Under the pieces are notes generated by a model that made no database searches, was not told the DNA's origin, and saw only the letters and a list, made by a program, of their open reading frames with translations. Of a stretch of 32,000 bases of DNA, positions 31,395 through 32,000 are shown piece after piece (the stretch's first letter is position 1; the number at the start of each line of letters is the position of its first letter). The translations under genes were made by a program, and so were the position numbers. The stretch is from Candidatus Micrarchaeum sp. GTDB lineage: Archaea; Micrarchaeota; Micrarchaeia; Micrarchaeales; Micrarchaeaceae. The stretch lies in NCBI RefSeq assembly GCF_016806735.1, contig NZ_CP060530.1, forward strand, positions 630,001-662,000, in the 5' to 3' direction.

Positions 31395-32000
31395 TGCAAA
31401 GTTTGGAAATTATAGTATTCGTTTCGACAATTATAATAGCAGTGCTGAGTGCGTTGCTCGCCGCCTTCATGACTTACAAGTGGAAAAACAACAAGGAAGT
31501 CAAAAGCTTTGGGTTTTGGTCGCTAGGATTGTGGATATTCACAGTTGCCGTACTTCTGGAGAGCGTCTTTTCCCTGAACCTGTACAATGAAGCCCTGATA
31601 GACATATATCTTTTCCTTGTGGTATTTCTGGTAGAGTCTCTTGCAATGGGCTCTTTATGCTTAATAAAAAGCGACAAGATAAAAGTTACATATCTCGCTT
31701 ATATATTGGTCATTGACGTAGCGATGGTAGTTGCGCTTCAGGCTTCTGCAATAAAAAACCTAATAATAACATATGTGGTTTATGGGCCTCTTCCATTGTC
31801 GGTAGTAACAGTTTCTTCGCTTGGCACTTTCCCAGCTGCGTTCATATTGATAGTTGTGGCTGCGCTTTCTTATCGCAGGTCGAAAAACAAAAAAATGCTT
31901 AGCATAATTGCTGGAACCGTAGTAGTAAGCATCGCTGGAACGCTTTACATAGCTGCAATTCCAGAATTTTTGTACTATTCTGAATTCATAGGCATACTGC
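31394..32000 (+). CDS. polytopic membrane protein, partial; runs off the right edge
   Basis: Not in the track because it is open at the edge. Its ATG overlaps the cydB TAA (TAATG). Translation is MQSLEIIVFVSTIIIAVLSALLAAFMTYKWKNNKEVKSFGFWSLGLWIFTVAVLLESVFSLNLYNEALIDIYLFLVVFLVESLAMGSLCLIK... It has at least 6 hydrophobic segments and no stop for 202 codons. Confidence 0.6.
   Translation, partial: MQSLEIIVFVSTIIIAVLSALLAAFMTYKWKNNKEVKSFGFWSLGLWIFTVAVLLESVFSLNLYNEALIDIYLFLVVFLVESLAMGSLCLIKSDKIKVTYLAYILVIDVAMVVALQASAIKNLIITYVVYGPLPLSVVTVSSLGTFPAAFILIVVAALSYRRSKNKKMLSIIAGTVVVSIAGTLYIAAIPEFLYYSEFIGIL

Overview
This is a very gene-dense archaeal chromosomal segment with about 36 protein genes and 4 tRNA genes. 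Many genes are coupled by ATGA or TAATG overlaps. I saw no rRNA, CRISPR array, transposase or integrase.

Archaeal identity is supported by a class I CCA-adding enzyme, Trm1, AMMECR1, DUF357, a Fap7-like kinase, AT-rich TATA-like promoters, oligo-T terminators and GGTG Shine-Dalgarno sites. None of the tRNA genes encodes a 3' CCA.

Most content is housekeeping:
- trxB (partial), msrA, RNase HI, asnS and a parvulin.
- A 2-oxoacid dehydrogenase operon (E1alpha, E1beta, E2, E3) with a coupled alpha/beta hydrolase.
- cydAB with a coupled third membrane gene.
- A glycosyltransferase flanked by two alkaline-phosphatase-superfamily genes.

The features most worth a second look:
1. tRNA-Leu(CAA) has an 18-nt insertion inside the T-loop, a non-canonical intron position.
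2. tRNA-Ala(CGC) lacks the D-loop GG and has G at position 55.
3. A 432-bp AT-rich intergenic region holds a 9-bp inverted repeat and a GC-clamped ~90-nt nested hairpin. It lies between a tandem Lrp/AsnC regulator and an operon of a stand-alone RAM-domain protein plus two 46-aa micro-ORFs absent from the ORF track.
4. An orphan nucleotidyltransferase-fold gene sits between the dehydrogenase and cyd operons.
5. There is a non-canonical J-domain protein, and a TPR-AAA+ ATPase.

The lineage guess is inference only: a small-genome aerobic archaeon of Thermoplasmata-like or DPANN/Micrarchaeota-like type. All functional calls come from reading motifs by eye. No database search was run.
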